Source: Octopus vulgaris
Taxonomy: Eukaryota
Assembly: GCA_951406725.2 (NCBI GenBank)
Contig: OX597819.1
Span: 132,370,001-132,434,000, forward strand
Length of the DNA: 64,000 bases
Direction: 5' to 3'
Position 1 is the stretch's first letter; the number at the start of each line of letters is the position of its first letter. This document shows positions 1 to 14,235 of the stretch, in pieces. The position numbers and the translations under genes were made by a program. The notes below the pieces were generated by a model that was not told where the DNA came from, did not search any database, and was given only the letters and a program-made list of their open reading frames with translations.

Positions 1-225
1 TCCCATCACCTTCAAATTAAACCTGGACATAATTTCCTCCAGGGCTACCAGATAAGCCCCCCCGTACCGGGATACATCTCGGTCAACATCAACCCTCTAC
101 TTGAATGGGCCATGATACAAAAAAATTAAAAAATTGATTAAAAAAACAATTCTATGAGGGGGTGCTATTAGGTTAGACATGGCTTAGACCAACCTTTGGC
201 CGAAACATATCTAGGTTATCTAAAT

Positions 226-520
226 CAGTGCTACTCTAAGTGGTGGTCCACGGACCGGCGCCGGTCCGCGAGCCATCAGCTGCTGGTACACGGCGAGTTT
301 CCAGAAAAGAAAGAAACATTATAAAATGCTTATGAAATATTGTATTATTTGTTTACAAAATAAATATAAGACAAAAAAGAAATTGTCAAATTTTAGTATA
401 TTCATTATATATATGTTGTTTACAGTATAAATTAATATAATTAAAAATTATTACCAATTTCTGGCACATTGGAAAAAAAAACCTGTCGATACGTCACCTC
501 AGATAGTGTGAGAAGCATTG
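226..520. mobile_element. hAT (Charlie-like) MITE
   Basis: Imperfect TIRs CAGTGCTACTC / GAGAAGCATTG. Subterminal GC palindrome cggaccggcgccggtccg at 251-268. Flanks atctaaat / gtccaaac only partly match an 8-bp TSD. Confidence 0.6.
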
Positions 521-1313
521 GTCCAAACCAAGATCTAAACCATTGGTCCAAACCATCAAAAGATTTGTTGCATTTCAACTGGAAATATAAACAAATTGGT
601 GACAATCAAAATAAAATGTTTAATTGATTATTTCCTATCAATAAAACTGTTTAAAAGAAGGTCCGACTAAATTCATTTTCCCTTCGCAGAGATCCAGCCA
701 TCTTTCAGAAAAGCTTTGGTAAATTCTACCCTTGTAACGATATCGGCCGAATAAATGAGGGAAGGGTGGAGGGGGGGGTCATCTTGTTTGACTATAATAA
801 TTTCGACACAAGTTATCCTCTTACTTTCACCACCACCACCACCGCCACCACCATTCAGTAAGAAAACCATAGATGTTTGAATGAAGATATACAAATTATG
901 ATCTGATGTGACTGATGACAAATGATAGATGAAAACGTGTTATTTGATGGGAGGGAGAAGATGGCGAGAGGTTAGTAAAGAATGGTGAAGAGGATTAGGG
1001 TTAGGGCCCAAATCTATGCGCATGCGTGTGTATTAAACGTGTGGGAGTATAAGATGTAAGAAGAAATGTAAAAGAATGTGTGTGTGTGTGTGTGTGTATG
1101 AGAGAGAGAGAAATAACAGTAAGTGTATACATGTATCTATGCACATACATATAAACATATACATGTATATATATATATACATACATGTATATAAATGTCT
1201 GTGTTCATGTTTATAGAAGTATATGTGTGTGTAGATGTATGTACGTGTAAATATGCATGTGTATGTGCGAATTTATGTGCCTATGTATGCAAAAATTCAA
1301 TATGTACGTATGC

Positions 1314-1349
<36 letters not shown>

Positions 1350-2026
1350 GTGTGTGTGTATGCGTGTATGTGTATGCATGAATACTCTCCCACATACATA
1401 TGGATACCCCTTGTAACAGTCCCATTCCAATGTAACTGGGTGGATCCACCCCACCCTCGCCCCATGCAATTTAATTTATCGTTTTCTCAACACAATACTG
1501 TCAGTTTTTATCAACCCTGAAATCATCTTAACACACTTTTCAGGAATATTGTCTCCAGATTCCTTCTTAAACAAACCCCACCACAACAGAAATTCTTCAC
1601 CCTTACCATTCTTTGCCACATATTTGGCTCTTCTTTAGAATAATACTCCAACATATTTACACCATTAATGGTGCTATCATAATTTTGATCCTTCTCCCCC
1701 CCCCCACCCGATGATCAATTAGTCGCCAGAAAGGTTTCTTTTGAATCAAACTTTGACTCTTCCTTATATAACTCTTTTTAAATATTATTTTTTAAAATAC
1801 ATTTTTGAATAATAATCTTGTTTGTCAACTCATTTGTATGCATTTACTCATCGATTTATCGCCCTAGTAATCTGATTCTAAATTAGCTTTATTGATTTAT
1901 GAGTGGGTGTGAGAATACCAGCTGTAAAGAGAACACTACTGGAAGACATCTCCAACCGCCTGACGAAGCGGAACCGTGAAACTTGTGAAACGACTCGCTC
2001 AAATTTTATTTAACATATACACATAC

Positions 2027-2095
<69 letters not shown>

Positions 2096-2129
2096 GTATG
2101 TATGCATGTATGTAAATAAAATAAATAAA

Positions 2130-2377
2130 TGGGCCCTTTTAAAGCCTAGCCAGGCTCATGGGCCCGGTTTCCCGGTTTCAATGGCGTATGTGTTCCCCAG
2201 CTGGACGGGACGCCAGTCCATCGCAGCGTTACTCATTTTTGCCAGCTGAGTGGACTGCAGCAACGTGAAATGAAGTGTTTTGCTCAAGAACACAACGCGT
2301 CGCCCGGTCCAGGAATCAAGACCACAATCCTACGATCATGATGCTGACACCCTAACCACTAAGCCACGCGCCTCCAC
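2130..2377 (-). mobile_element. tRNA-derived SINE with CORE- and Meta-like domains
   Basis: Minus strand: A box TGGCTTAGTGG, degenerate B box, CORE-like GTTGTGTTCTTGAGCAAAACAC, then GCGATGGACTGGCGTCCCGTCCAG...GAAACCGGG. Confidence 0.75.
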
Positions 2378-3467
2378 TATATATGTATGTACACACACGC
2401 GCGCGCGCACACACACACACATATGTATATAAAGATATATGTGTGTGTAATGTATATCTGCCTTAATGAGGATATACGTTTAGAACCGAAATGTAGTTTT
2501 GCGTTAAATTTTAGACAACACACACACACATACACACATACACATACACGCACTCGCACAAACACACACTTGTATACACACACGCACACACACTCGCACA
2601 CACACTCGCACACATACTCGCACACACACACACACACACACGTCTATGTACGTAGGCAGATTTATATAAATGTATGCGTGTGAATAAATTGCTCTGCATG
2701 ATAGGGAGAAAGCTAGCATCATACTAAACGAAATGGTGAGTTTGCTGTATAAAAATGACAAATATCAAGTTCAGAGCGATTAATTAGGTGAAATGGAGAG
2801 CGAAAGAGAAAGACTGAGACCTGAACGCTAGTTTCATAGAAATAAGATACACAACGACATTAATACGAAGTTTTCAGAAACATGTTGTTTCTGCCACTCA
2901 GATCTACACCAGCGTGTAATGAACGCTTCATCAGAATGATGTCTAACTTTCCTTGTCATTAATATAACACTTTTATTTCTTTCACTCACATCTCGTATCG
3001 TCTTTCTTTTCCCATTCGTTAGCGAAATATTTTAATCATTGTTCATCTTTTCTAGGTTGAAGTCATTATTTATTGTTTAATGTGAAGCAAGGGTGTAACT
3101 TTATATACAACGCAAAACACTATACTTTAATTGGATTCGAACTTTCACCCTGTGTTTTATTTTGAGCTATAAATAATTGGTTCTACGCGAAGAGATGAAA
3201 AAGCAAATTAATCTCGTAGACAACAGCGAAAGGAAGATCATTTATCAAGTGAAGGAGTCGCAGAAAGAAATCTATAGACGCTGGATTGGTAGAATTGGTA
3301 GAACGCGGGAGAAAATCTATTGGCGGTGTTTGTTTGGAGTTTTTCTGTACCGAGCTCACCTGAGAAGATGCTTGGGTCTGCATCCCTAACCATTTTCTAT
3401 ATCAAACGTTGGGTTATTAATTCTTGGCCTTCAAAGCAAGAACTCGGTTATCTCTGACACCAACATA

Positions 3468-3850
3468 TTCTTTTCTACTTTAGGCACAAGGCCTGAACTT
3501 TTTGGAGCAGGGGCCCAGTCGATTAGATCGACCCCAGTACGCTACTGGTACTTAATTTATCGACCCCGAAAAGATGAAAGGCAAAGTCGACCTCGGCGGA
3601 ATTTGAACTCAGAACGTAAAGACAAGCGAAATACCTATTTCTTTATTACCCACAAGGGGCTAAACACAGAGGGAACAAACAAGGACAGACATAGGTATTA
3701 AGTCGATTACATCGACCCCAGTGCATAGCTGGTACTTAATTTATCGACCCCGAAAGGATGAAAGGCAAAGTCGACCTCGGCGGAATTCGAACTCACAACG
3801 TAACACAGGCGAAATACCACTAAGCATTTCGCCCGGTGTGCTAACGTTTC
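3468..3850 (-). mobile_element. Nin-domain SINE with internally duplicated Nin segment
   Basis: Two copies of GAGGTCGACTTTGCCTTTCATCYTTTCGGGGTCGATAAATTAAGTACC on the minus strand. Same family as 4307-4701. Confidence 0.75.
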
Positions 3851-4306
3851 TTATGGCACCACCATATTGAACAACATTGATATGCTTGACTTCCTGTCAA
3901 ATTGAAAACCTTTTCATCCAATGTTTTGTTGCGATAGAACTGTGTAACTTTCGTGGTTGTGTATTCTTGGTCACTTGTCGGAGAATCATTCTTAAGAAAT
4001 TCTTTTTCTAACTCCCATGACGCCGATTTGGTCAGTGGATGTATTTCCACACTTGACGGTTTGTAGATGACTCCCAATTCAAGAACTATTTGGGTTGGCG
4101 TTGAACCGCTTTAACTGGCGCAGAAGCAAAGGAAAACACTCCGACTGCTAAGTTCAATTCTCGCTTTTGATTCTCTGTTCGCCAATGAGAATATCCAATA
4201 CAATCGTGAGTGTGCTTACTTAAGAACCGCTTCTTCGATCCTTAACTTACAACACTGATATGTAGTGTGTAGATTTACAAACATGTTAATATGTATATAA
4301 CAGAAG

Positions 4307-4701
4307 GCAGCGAGCTGGCAGACATGTTAGCACGCCGGGCGAAATACTTAGCGGTATTTCGTCTGCCGCTACGTTCTGAGTTCAAATTCCGCTGAGGTCG
4401 ACTTTGCCTTTCATCCTTTCGGGGTCGATTAAATATGTACCAGTTACGCACTGGGGTCGATATAATCGACTTAATCCGTCTGTCTGTCCTTGTTTGTCTA
4501 CTCTATGTTTAGCCCCTTGTGGGTAGTAAAGAAATAGGTATTTCGTCTGTCTTTATGTTCTGAGTTCAAATTCCGCCGAGGTCGATTTTGCCTTTCATCC
4601 TTTCAGGATAGATAAATTAAGTACCAGTTGCATATTGGGGTCGATCTAATCGACTGACCCCCTCCCCCCAAATTTCGGGCCTTGTGCCTAGAATAGAAAA
4701 G
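4307..4701 (+). mobile_element. Nin-domain SINE, full length with TSD
   Basis: Head GCAGCGAGCTGGCAGA, B-box-like GAGTTCAAATTCC, duplicated Nin segment. 19-bp TSD aatatgtatataacagaag at 4288-4306 and 4702-4720. Confidence 0.85.
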
Positions 4702-5380
4702 AATATGTATATAACAGAAGAAGAAGAGGGAGATAGAAAGGGATTCTTTCAAAAACAACGACTGAATCAAGAACGACATTTTGAATCGTAATTCAATGTC
4801 AACAGACTCAACAAATCGATACAATTGGAAAGAAGCCTTTTCCTTCCTGTCCTTCCTTCCTTTTCATTTTTCTTTTCTCTTTTCTTTCTCTTTCTTTCCT
4901 ATTCTTCTTCCTGTCTTTCTCTCTTTCTCCCATTCGTCAAAACACAAAATTGACACCTTCAAACGTCATTTAGTGTCAAAGACCTGTTAGTCAAAGACCA
5001 TCCTACATTCTTTCTTTTCTTTCCCCTTTTAGTCTTCTCTGTTTTCCTCCCTCTTCTCCCCTCCTCCCTTCCTTCAGTTTTTCTATTAAAAAAATCCCCT
5101 TTGCCTTTTATACATAAAAAGGCAAATAAATTTTCTGTAAAACTTGTCTGAAGAGTCCCCCACGAACGGAACGAAGGCGCTAATAAACAACAACTCAAAA
5201 TTCTGACTGCCTCCTTTTTCTTATACCACCCCCCACACACACGCACTCATACACATATATGATATATGTATATTCTTTTATTCTTTTATTCTTTTACAAG
5301 TTTCAGTACTAAAGCGATAAATATATAAATATACATGAGACGGATATATATATATTATATATATATATACATAGAAACAG

Positions 5381-5420
<40 letters not shown>

Positions 5421-5675
5421 AAGTCGCACTCAAAAGCTTGGCAAAGTATTTCCTTTTGATATTGTTGAGTCAAATAGGTTGCTGTGTTTCTTTTCGTGGT
5501 AAAAGGAATAATTTATGGCCGAATATAAAGCAGAGGGCGACAGTTTGAACCCGGTCTCAGTTAAACGTTCGACATCGTATTTAAAGATAAACCCTTTACT
5601 TTTCGGCAACAAAGGAGAGATATACGAAGGACGCAAAAAAGGAAAAAAAATTCTAACGAGTGGAAAACAGTGTCG

Positions 5676-6502
5676 CCTCATTCTGAACAGAGAGTTAATA
5701 GTGAAGCCTCATTCTGAACGAAGAGTTAATAGTGAAGCCTCATTCTGAACGAAGAGTTAATAGTGAAGCCTCATTCTGAACAGAGAGTTAATAGTGAAGC
5801 CTCATTCTGAACGAAGAGTTAATAGTGAAGCCTCATTCTGAACAGAGAGTTAATAGTGAAGCCTCATTCTGAACAGAGAGTTAATAGTGAAGCCTCATTC
5901 TGAACGAAGAGTTAATGGTGAAGCCTCATTCTGAACGAAGAGTTAATAGTGAAGCCTCATTCTGAACAGAGAGTTAATAGTGAAGCCTCATTCTGAACGA
6001 AGAGTTAATAGTGAAGCCTCATTCTGAACTAAGAGTTAATAGTGAAGCCTCATTCTGAACGAAGAGTTAATAGTGAAGCCTCATTCTGAACGAAGAGTTA
6101 ATAGTGAAGCCTCATTCTGAACTAAGAGTTAATAGTGAAGCCTCATTCTGAACTAAGAGTTAATAGTGAAGCCTCATTCTGAACTAAGAGTTAATAGTGA
6201 AGCCTCATTCTGAACTAAGAGTTAATAGTGAAGCCTCATTCTGAACGAAGAGTTAATAGTGAAGCCTCATTCTGAACGAAGAGTTAATAGTGAAGCCTCA
6301 TTCTGAACGAAGAGTTAATAGTGAAGCCTCATTCTGAACTAAGAGTTAATAGTGAAGCGTCATTCTGAACTAAGAGTTAATAGTGAAGCCTCATTCTGAA
6401 CGGAGAGTTAATAGTGAAGCCTCATTCTGAACGGAGAGTTAATAGTGAAGCCTCATTCTGAACGGAGAGTTAATAGTGAAGCCTCATTCTGAACGGAGAG
6501 TT
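5676..6502. repeat. 31-bp minisatellite, about 26-27 copies
   Basis: Unit gcctcattctgaacNNNgagttaatagtgaa in direct tandem with no spacers. Confidence 0.95.
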
Positions 6503-7430
6503 CATTGTGCTAAGAGGGCGGCGTTACATTTTGTATTTAGAAGAATCTTTGTATTTAGAAAGTGGAATAAGTTTAATACACAACCTATGTTGGCCTCAGC
6601 AGATATATTAACCAAACTTCAACAGTCTGAATATATTATATTCAAAGCGATCGTACATAATTACCGAATCAAACTGAGAGAAAGAGAAACACACACACAC
6701 ACACACGCACACGCACACACACACACACACACACACGCACACACACACACACACACACACGTATTTATATGAGATTCGGCAGTGTTTTTTCAATGTTAAG
6801 TTCACAGTCGCATTGCTCCTATTGACATTTTCTTTTGGCAGTTCCGTTTCTATTCTAAGCCGTCTTCACTTTCACCTTCAGAAGCTCTCCTCCTCCTCCT
6901 CCTCCTGACGTCACTTCACAGTCAGAGGTGCACATTGCTGGTTGCACCGCTTGAAGTCGTCACACACCATCGATCGAAAAACGTCTCTCACGGTGTGTGT
7001 TTTTAAGACTTGATGGAATCTGCACCTGCAACAACAAACCGCTTCTACAGAATATTTGACATTAACAATATTAACTTACGTTCCTCACTCTTTCGCCCTT
7101 TCGCAGTCAATCAAATACACAGCAGTAAAACCAGACCATATTCATCGTGACGGATGATACAAGTCGACATAACAACATTTTCAGTAAAAACACCAATCTT
7201 CATTTAATTCGTTTTCTTCGCGAAAACACTTTTCTCTAATTAGTGGAGTCATTATGGAAAATCTCGAATGTAATTAAAATAATAGGAAGCGGATTTATTA
7301 AAATAATAATTAAAAAGCGCATTAATTGTAATATGTACAGGTTCAGTTCTAAGTTGGAATATAAGCAGAAAAGAATAAGTTTCAAATATCGAGGAGCGTA
7401 TCATATGTAGGAAGACAAGATTATCGTTAT

Positions 7431-7480
<50 letters not shown>

Positions 7481-7508
7481 ATATCGTTATAAGTGTGTGT
7501 GTGTATAT

Positions 7509-7930
7509 CAGGAGTGGCTGTGTGGTAAGTAACTTGTTTACCAACAACATGGTTCCGGGTTCAGTCCCACTGCGTGGCACCTTGGGCAAGTGTCTTCTAC
7601 TATAGCCTCGGACCGACCAATGCCTTGTGAGTGGATTTGGTAGACGGAAACTGAAAGAAGCCCGTCGTATATATGTATATATATATACGTGTGCGTGCGT
7701 GTGTGTGTGTGTGTTTGTGTGTGTCTGTGTTTGTCCCTCTAGCATTGCTTGACAACCGATGCTGGTGTGTTTACGTCCCCGTCACTTAGCGGTTTGGCAA
7801 AAGGGACCGATAGAATAAGTACTGGGCTTATAAAATAATAAGTCCGGGGTCAAGTTGCTCGATTAAAGGCGGTGCCCCAGCATGGCCGCAGTCAAATGAG
7901 TGAAACAAATAAAAGAGTAAAAGAGTAAAG
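7509..7930 (+). mobile_element. CORE-type tRNA SINE with LINE-like 3' tail
   Basis: A box TGGCTGTGTGG, B box GGTTCAGTCCC, CORE-like CCTTGGGCAAGTGTCTT, internal (TG)n, 3' stem-loop segment and GAGTAAAA tail repeats. Confidence 0.85.
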
Positions 7931-7993
7931 AGTATATATATATATATATATATATATATTCTGAACATATTCCATTTCTCACCTTTATCCATA

Positions 7994-8027
<34 letters not shown>

Positions 8028-8592
8028 CCTGTATATGTATACAGGTGAGAAATGGAATATGTTCCAAATGATATCCACCTTAGTGGAAAAGTTGCAATGA
8101 CATAATTCTTTTTCAGAACTCCGCATAGTGGTGGTGGGGGGTGGGCGGTGAAGGCAGGTCGAATTGATGTATGGGATTGCTGTAGTTATGATGAAAAAGC
8201 AGAGAAGCTGCAAGAATCTAAACATTACTGTCACGCTCGCACGAGATTTATATATATATATAAACATTTTTTTCCATATATTTCATTGCTGTGTTAAAAT
8301 AGGTCAATACTTTTAAAACATGTTATCTTCGCCAATGCTACAAATAAATTTATTAATACACAACTATGTACAAATATACACTCACTCAACCACGCCCATG
8401 AACACTCGCACACGGGACGAGGATACACGTACACACACGGCCGCACACGTACACGCCCAAACACACACATGAGTGCGCACACACAAAAGAGATTTCGTTT
8501 CAGCGTTATGAAAATACTTTATATTCATGAGAAGGGACCGGTTCCAACGTTTTCTCGTTTAGAAATGTCTGCACACTTAAGCGATGAAATCT

Positions 8593-8673
<81 letters not shown>

Positions 8674-8790
8674 AAAATATACTGAGGGAAGGAGAGATAG
8701 AGAGAGTGAGTGAGAGAGAGAGTGTGAGAGAGAGATTAAAAGGATGATTAGAAGGAAGGAAGAAAATATAAAATCACAAAGTAGTAGTAA

Positions 8791-8843
<53 letters not shown>

Positions 8844-8934
8844 ATAATGATAACTGGGAAGTAGTTTTTAAATTGCAATTGAAAGAAAGGGGGTAATTAG
8901 TTTAATTGTAGTTTAATGAAATTATTCAATCTAG

Positions 8935-8997
<63 letters not shown>

Positions 8998-9190
8998 GTA
9001 TGGCAGCAGTCTAGCAGAATTGTGAGAGCGTTGGAAATACCTTGCGGTATTCGTCCAGGCACTTCACATTCTGAGTTCAAATCTCTCCGAGGTCAATTTT
9101 ACCGTTCAAGCCCTCAGGGACCAATAGAAACGCGAAAACAACACACAGATACACACCCATATAAATAAATACACACACACACACACACAC

Positions 9191-9235
<45 letters not shown>

Positions 9236-9292
9236 GGCGGTGCCCCAGCATGGCCACAGCTCAAGAGCTGAAACTGGAAAACATAAATAAAT

Positions 9293-9327
<35 letters not shown>

Positions 9328-9660
9328 GTCTGTATGGCGTTTACGCGCATCCTTTTGTGTATGTTGATATATATATGTAGATTTTAATATAAATATGTAT
9401 TGCAGTATTTATAACAGGTTTAATTTCTATGCATTAATTTGCACTGTCTTCATTAACGTCAATAGGTTTTTTCCTCGGATTTTATAATTTTTATAAGTTT
9501 TTTTATATATATATACATATATTTTTGACCTTTTTGTTTATCGCTCGAAGATTGACCGTTTTTTCTAAAGGGCCAATCAAACAAGTCCATTTCTTTTTAA
9601 AGGTGTAGCGTTTGTAAGAGTATAGATTGAATTGATATATCAGTTCCATTCTAGCAAAAA

Positions 9661-9698
9661 CTGTCTGATGAACGGCAACGAGAAACTCAGAGTAACAG
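9661..9698 (+). ncRNA. Minimal type-I hammerhead ribozyme motif
   Basis: ctgt-CTGATGA-a-cg(gcaa)cg-a-GAA-ACTCAGAGT-A-acag. Stem I ctgt/acag, near-palindromic stem III, GUA cleavage triplet. Confidence 0.65.
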
Positions 9699-9742
9699 AT
9701 TTTGTTGAATTTTCTGCTGCTTAAAATAAAGTATATATATAT

Positions 9743-9789
<47 letters not shown>

Positions 9790-9844
9790 CATACATACAT
9801 ACACACACACATATATATATATATACATACATACATACATACAT

Positions 9845-9913
<69 letters not shown>

Positions 9914-9915
<2 letters not shown>

Positions 9916-10208
9916 CGTGACCGACCAGGCTATCAGATGTTGTTATACATCGCTGGTCACAATGCACTTTGCATTGTTTTAGCCTTCAAATGATGCTACC
10001 CCACTGGCTAAGCGAGCAGGCCAACAGAAGAAAGAGTGAGAGAATGTTGTGGCGAAAGAGTACAGCAGGGATCGCCACCAACTCCTGCCGGACCCTCGTG
10101 TAGGTGTTTTCGCTCAATAAACACTCACAATGCGCGGTCTGGGAATCGAAACCGCGATCCTATGACCGCAAGTCCGCTGCCCTAACCACTGGGCCGTTGC
10201 ACCTCCAC
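9914..10208 (-). mobile_element. tRNA-derived SINE, separate family
   Basis: Minus-strand head GGCCCAGTGGTTAGGGCAGCGGAC...GGTTTCGATTCCC (A and B boxes). Flanked by (TA)n. Confidence 0.75.
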
Positions 10209-10426
10209 TTTATATATATATATATATATGTGCGTGTTATATTTTGTTCTGTCATGGTAGGGTCATTACGCCAATAATAATAATAACACACTCACAGGTT
10301 CGATTCTACTTGTTTTGTTAGTCAATTGCTTAAATATCTAACCTAACTATTCGATCGTTTGTTTAATGTGCTGGTTAAACAATCGATCGGTTGTTTGTTA
10401 GTCGAAGTTCATCGCTGTTCGCGACG

Positions 10427-10509
<83 letters not shown>

Positions 10510-10925
10510 TCATACATACACTCATACATACATACACACATGCATGCATACACGCACGTAAATGTGTATATATAGTTATACACATATACGTCTACATATA
10601 CATACATACATATATACATACATACATACATAGATCTCGTAAGGCTCGGTCGCTCCACACAGACAGACGCACACATAGATACGCAAATTCGGAACTTGCC
10701 CATACACAAAGAATTCACTGGATGATCGTTGAATAAACATAAAACGAATATGTCGTTATTAAATAAAACTAACATTGGCTTATTAAATACATTTCATCTC
10801 CAATGTAATAATAATAATAATGTTCTTTACTATCATTTAATGTAATGATAATAATAATAACATTATCAACAACAACAATAATAACAATAACAATAATACC
10901 AATAACAATAATAATAATAATAATA

Positions 10926-11019
<94 letters not shown>

Positions 11020-11240
11020 CAACAACAACAATAATAATAATAAATGAATAAATGATAATGTTGGGTATCATTCAATGCTTTGTATCAATTTACTAGAAAT
11101 GTCAATATCTTTTTGTTTTTGTCATCAGGGAAATAAATATTTTATATAATCTGCTTGATTGTATGAGATTCACTGGCCGCCATGTTATAATCTCTGGTTC
11201 ACACACACACGCACGCACGCACGCACGCTCGCACACACAC

Positions 11241-11286
<46 letters not shown>

Positions 11287-11411
11287 ACGCACACGCATAC
11301 ACACACGCTCACGCACACGCATACACATGCACATACAGACACACAAGCACACGCACACGCATACACTCACTCTCTCTCCTCTTCACTATGCCTTTCTACA
11401 ATACTACACCA

Positions 11412-11450
<39 letters not shown>

Positions 11451-13603
11451 GAACTGGTAAATTCCATAGCTGTCGACATAAGTCCAGTAACCCCCTACCT
11501 CCACTCTTCCTCTCATCACTTCTATTCCGTTTCGTCTTCCTCCCAGTCCTTTCTCCCCTACACTTGCACCCTCTGTAATACCCGCCAACCTATATTTTAT
11601 CCCTACAGACGTCATCGATGTACAGATTTTGTTATCTCGTCTCTCTAACAGGTTATAACAAAAACCATGGCCGCTGCTTCTGTTCGTCTCACAAAAGAAA
11701 CAACCGACTTAAATGTGGGGCAGTCACCGTTAGTGTGTAGCTCCAGGTATAAATGGCCAGGGTTACTCTAAGTGTGTCCGCTGTGGTCATCCCTTCATTT
11801 TGTATATCAAGGACTAGATTGTGCAATGTATCCTTCTTTATTTAACGCACTAAGGTGATTTGAGAGAGATGTTGCTGTTATTTCTAGCAGGTCGAGCGAT
11901 CACATGAAAGCTGCTTTGAGGCAAAACAAAGCCATCAAATCCTATTTGTGTTCATTTAATTACGAGGAGTGGAGAACTGTCAGAAATAAGAGAGAATTGA
12001 ACTAGAATGTATTGTGGTCTTTACTTACGCTCATCTCGTTTCCGAGCTGAAATCCCTGTGGGGCTTGATGCTATATTTATCAATAATCTAATGGAAATGA
12101 TTTTGTCGGCCGTATCGCGTTTTCTTTGCAACAATTGAATGTCTGTGGACTCAGAAAGAAATGATTATTACGAATGAAAAGGCAAAAGAAGGGAATGAAA
12201 TCGATAACAAATCGTTGTAAAACTGGTAGAAGCCCAGCTGTTTCTATTCCGTCTCTGATTTGTCTCCATTCCATTGCTGACAAACTTTATCATTTAAACC
12301 GTGACATGAGAATCTCCCTCCAGGCTGTTGCCATCTTCGCCGCAAACATAATTAAATGTGTGTTTTGGATGAGCAATGTAATGTAATCAATTATAATCTC
12401 ACATTGAAGGAAGTGAAAAACCATTAGCGTTAATAATAATTCTTTTCAGGGAAAGCATGGGAGACAACTCTGACATTCCAATTGATTAAACGTTGAAAGA
12501 CGGATGCAATTGAGGAGAAAGTCTGATACGAGGTAATGAGAGAATTTCAGACATGTTTTCACCTTATTAGACTTCGTCATCTTACTGATGCTTAACAGAT
12601 TTGTGAAGAGAATAATTGAGATTTTCCGGGAAAAAACGAAACAAGGGCAAACTATCTTTGGCTTGAGAATTTAAAATATCTTTTAAACTGCCTAACGCGT
12701 CGTTATAAATTGCAGTCAAGAATGGAATAGCTGAGGGCTGTAATTAGCAACAATTCTGTCGACTGATATCGGCAAGCAGCAAATCTCGGGAAGATGAATC
12801 TCCGATCGGTGAAAGAATTCAAAGTTTAGAAATTAGACATTTGGTTTCTTGAGATTCAGAAATAATAACGATGATGATGATGATGATAACAATAACAAAT
12901 GTTTCCGAAGACTGAGGTTGGTGCTGCGCTCAAAACTGACTGGGTGAAATAAAATCCAAGCAGTTAATACATGTCCTTTAGTGGCTGACGATATGTGCAT
13001 CTTTGATCACGAGCAGAAGTAAGCAGAAGTAAGCGAACTGGCAGAATCATTAGCACTCCGGACAAAATGCTTCGTGTCATTTTATCCGTCTCTGAGTTCA
13101 AAATCCGCTGCGGTGGACTTTGCGTTTCGTCCTATTAGAGTCAATAGCATAAGAACCAGTGGAGTACTGGGGTCGATGGCATTGATTCAGTCCCCTTCTC
13201 CACAATTCAGTTCTTCTGCCAACAATAGAAACCATTCTTCTTCTTCTTCTTCTTCTTCTTCTTCTTCTTCTTCTTCTTCTTCTTCTTCTTCTTCTTCTTC
13301 TTCTTCTCCATAAGATCGTTAAACTCCGTCTTTTAAACCAAATATATCGCCACAAGAATCCCTTCTCTCTCTCATCCATTTTACTTTATTATTTTTTTTG
13401 GATACTTTTATTATGTTATTCATTTTAAAGTCTCCAACCAAAGCAATGTTTCTTGACTTTATTCAAATTAACTAAAATTAGTGGCAAATTATTGCCGATG
13501 CTGTTCTTGTTAATGACATATTTCAGCCCAAACCTAGTGTATGTATGTATGTATGTATGTATGTATGTATGTATGTATGTATGTATGTATGTATGTATGT
13601 ATG

Positions 13604-13646
<43 letters not shown>

Positions 13647-13669
13647 TACCACACAGCCACACCTGCGCC

Positions 13670-13750
<81 letters not shown>

Positions 13751-13756
13751 TAAATA

Positions 13757-14130
13757 GGCGCAGGTGTGGCTGTGTGGTAAGAAGCTTGCTTCCTGACCAC
13801 ATGGTTCCGGTTTCAGTTCCTCTGCGAGGCATCTTGGGCAAGTATCTTCTACTTTAGCTTCAGGCTAACCAAAGCCTTGTGAATGGTTTGGTAGACGGAA
13901 ACTGAAAGAAGCCCGTCGTATATATGTGTATGTATGTGCTCCTTCCACCGCTTGACAACCAGTGTTGGTATGTTTATGTCCCCGTAACATTAGCGGTTCG
14001 GTAAACGAGATCGATGGAATAAGTTTCAGGCTTAAAACGAAACGAATTGGTGTCGATACATTCGACAATAAATTCTCCAAGGCGGTGCCCCAGCATGGCC
14101 GCAGTCTAATGACTGAAACAAGTAAAAGAT
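13757..14130 (+). mobile_element. CORE-type SINE copy
   Basis: Homologous to 7509-7930 in head, CORE and GCATGGCCGCAGTC...GACTGAAAC tail. Confidence 0.85.
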
Positions 14131-14192
14131 AAATATATTATTATTATTCAGGTCACTGCCTGGAATCGAACTCGGAATCTTGGAGTTAGAAG

Positions 14193-14235
<43 letters not shown>

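Noticed and set aside
908-946. CTGATGA...GAAA hammerhead-like string
   Set aside because: No stem II and only a weak stem I.
1965-2000. CTGACGA...GAAAC motif, and the similar one at 42209-42285
   Set aside because: Stem I and the cleavage site cannot be formed convincingly. Kept only as possible decayed copies.
2300-2377. tRNA gene
   Set aside because: The tRNA-like head continues into a SINE body and has no acceptor stem. The same applies to the other SINE heads.
3841-4077. 78-aa minus-strand ORF
   Set aside because: No recognisable domain or splice context. It may be decayed TE sequence.
5676-6502. CRISPR-like array
   Set aside because: Units are contiguous with no unique spacers, there are no cas genes, and the context is eukaryotic.
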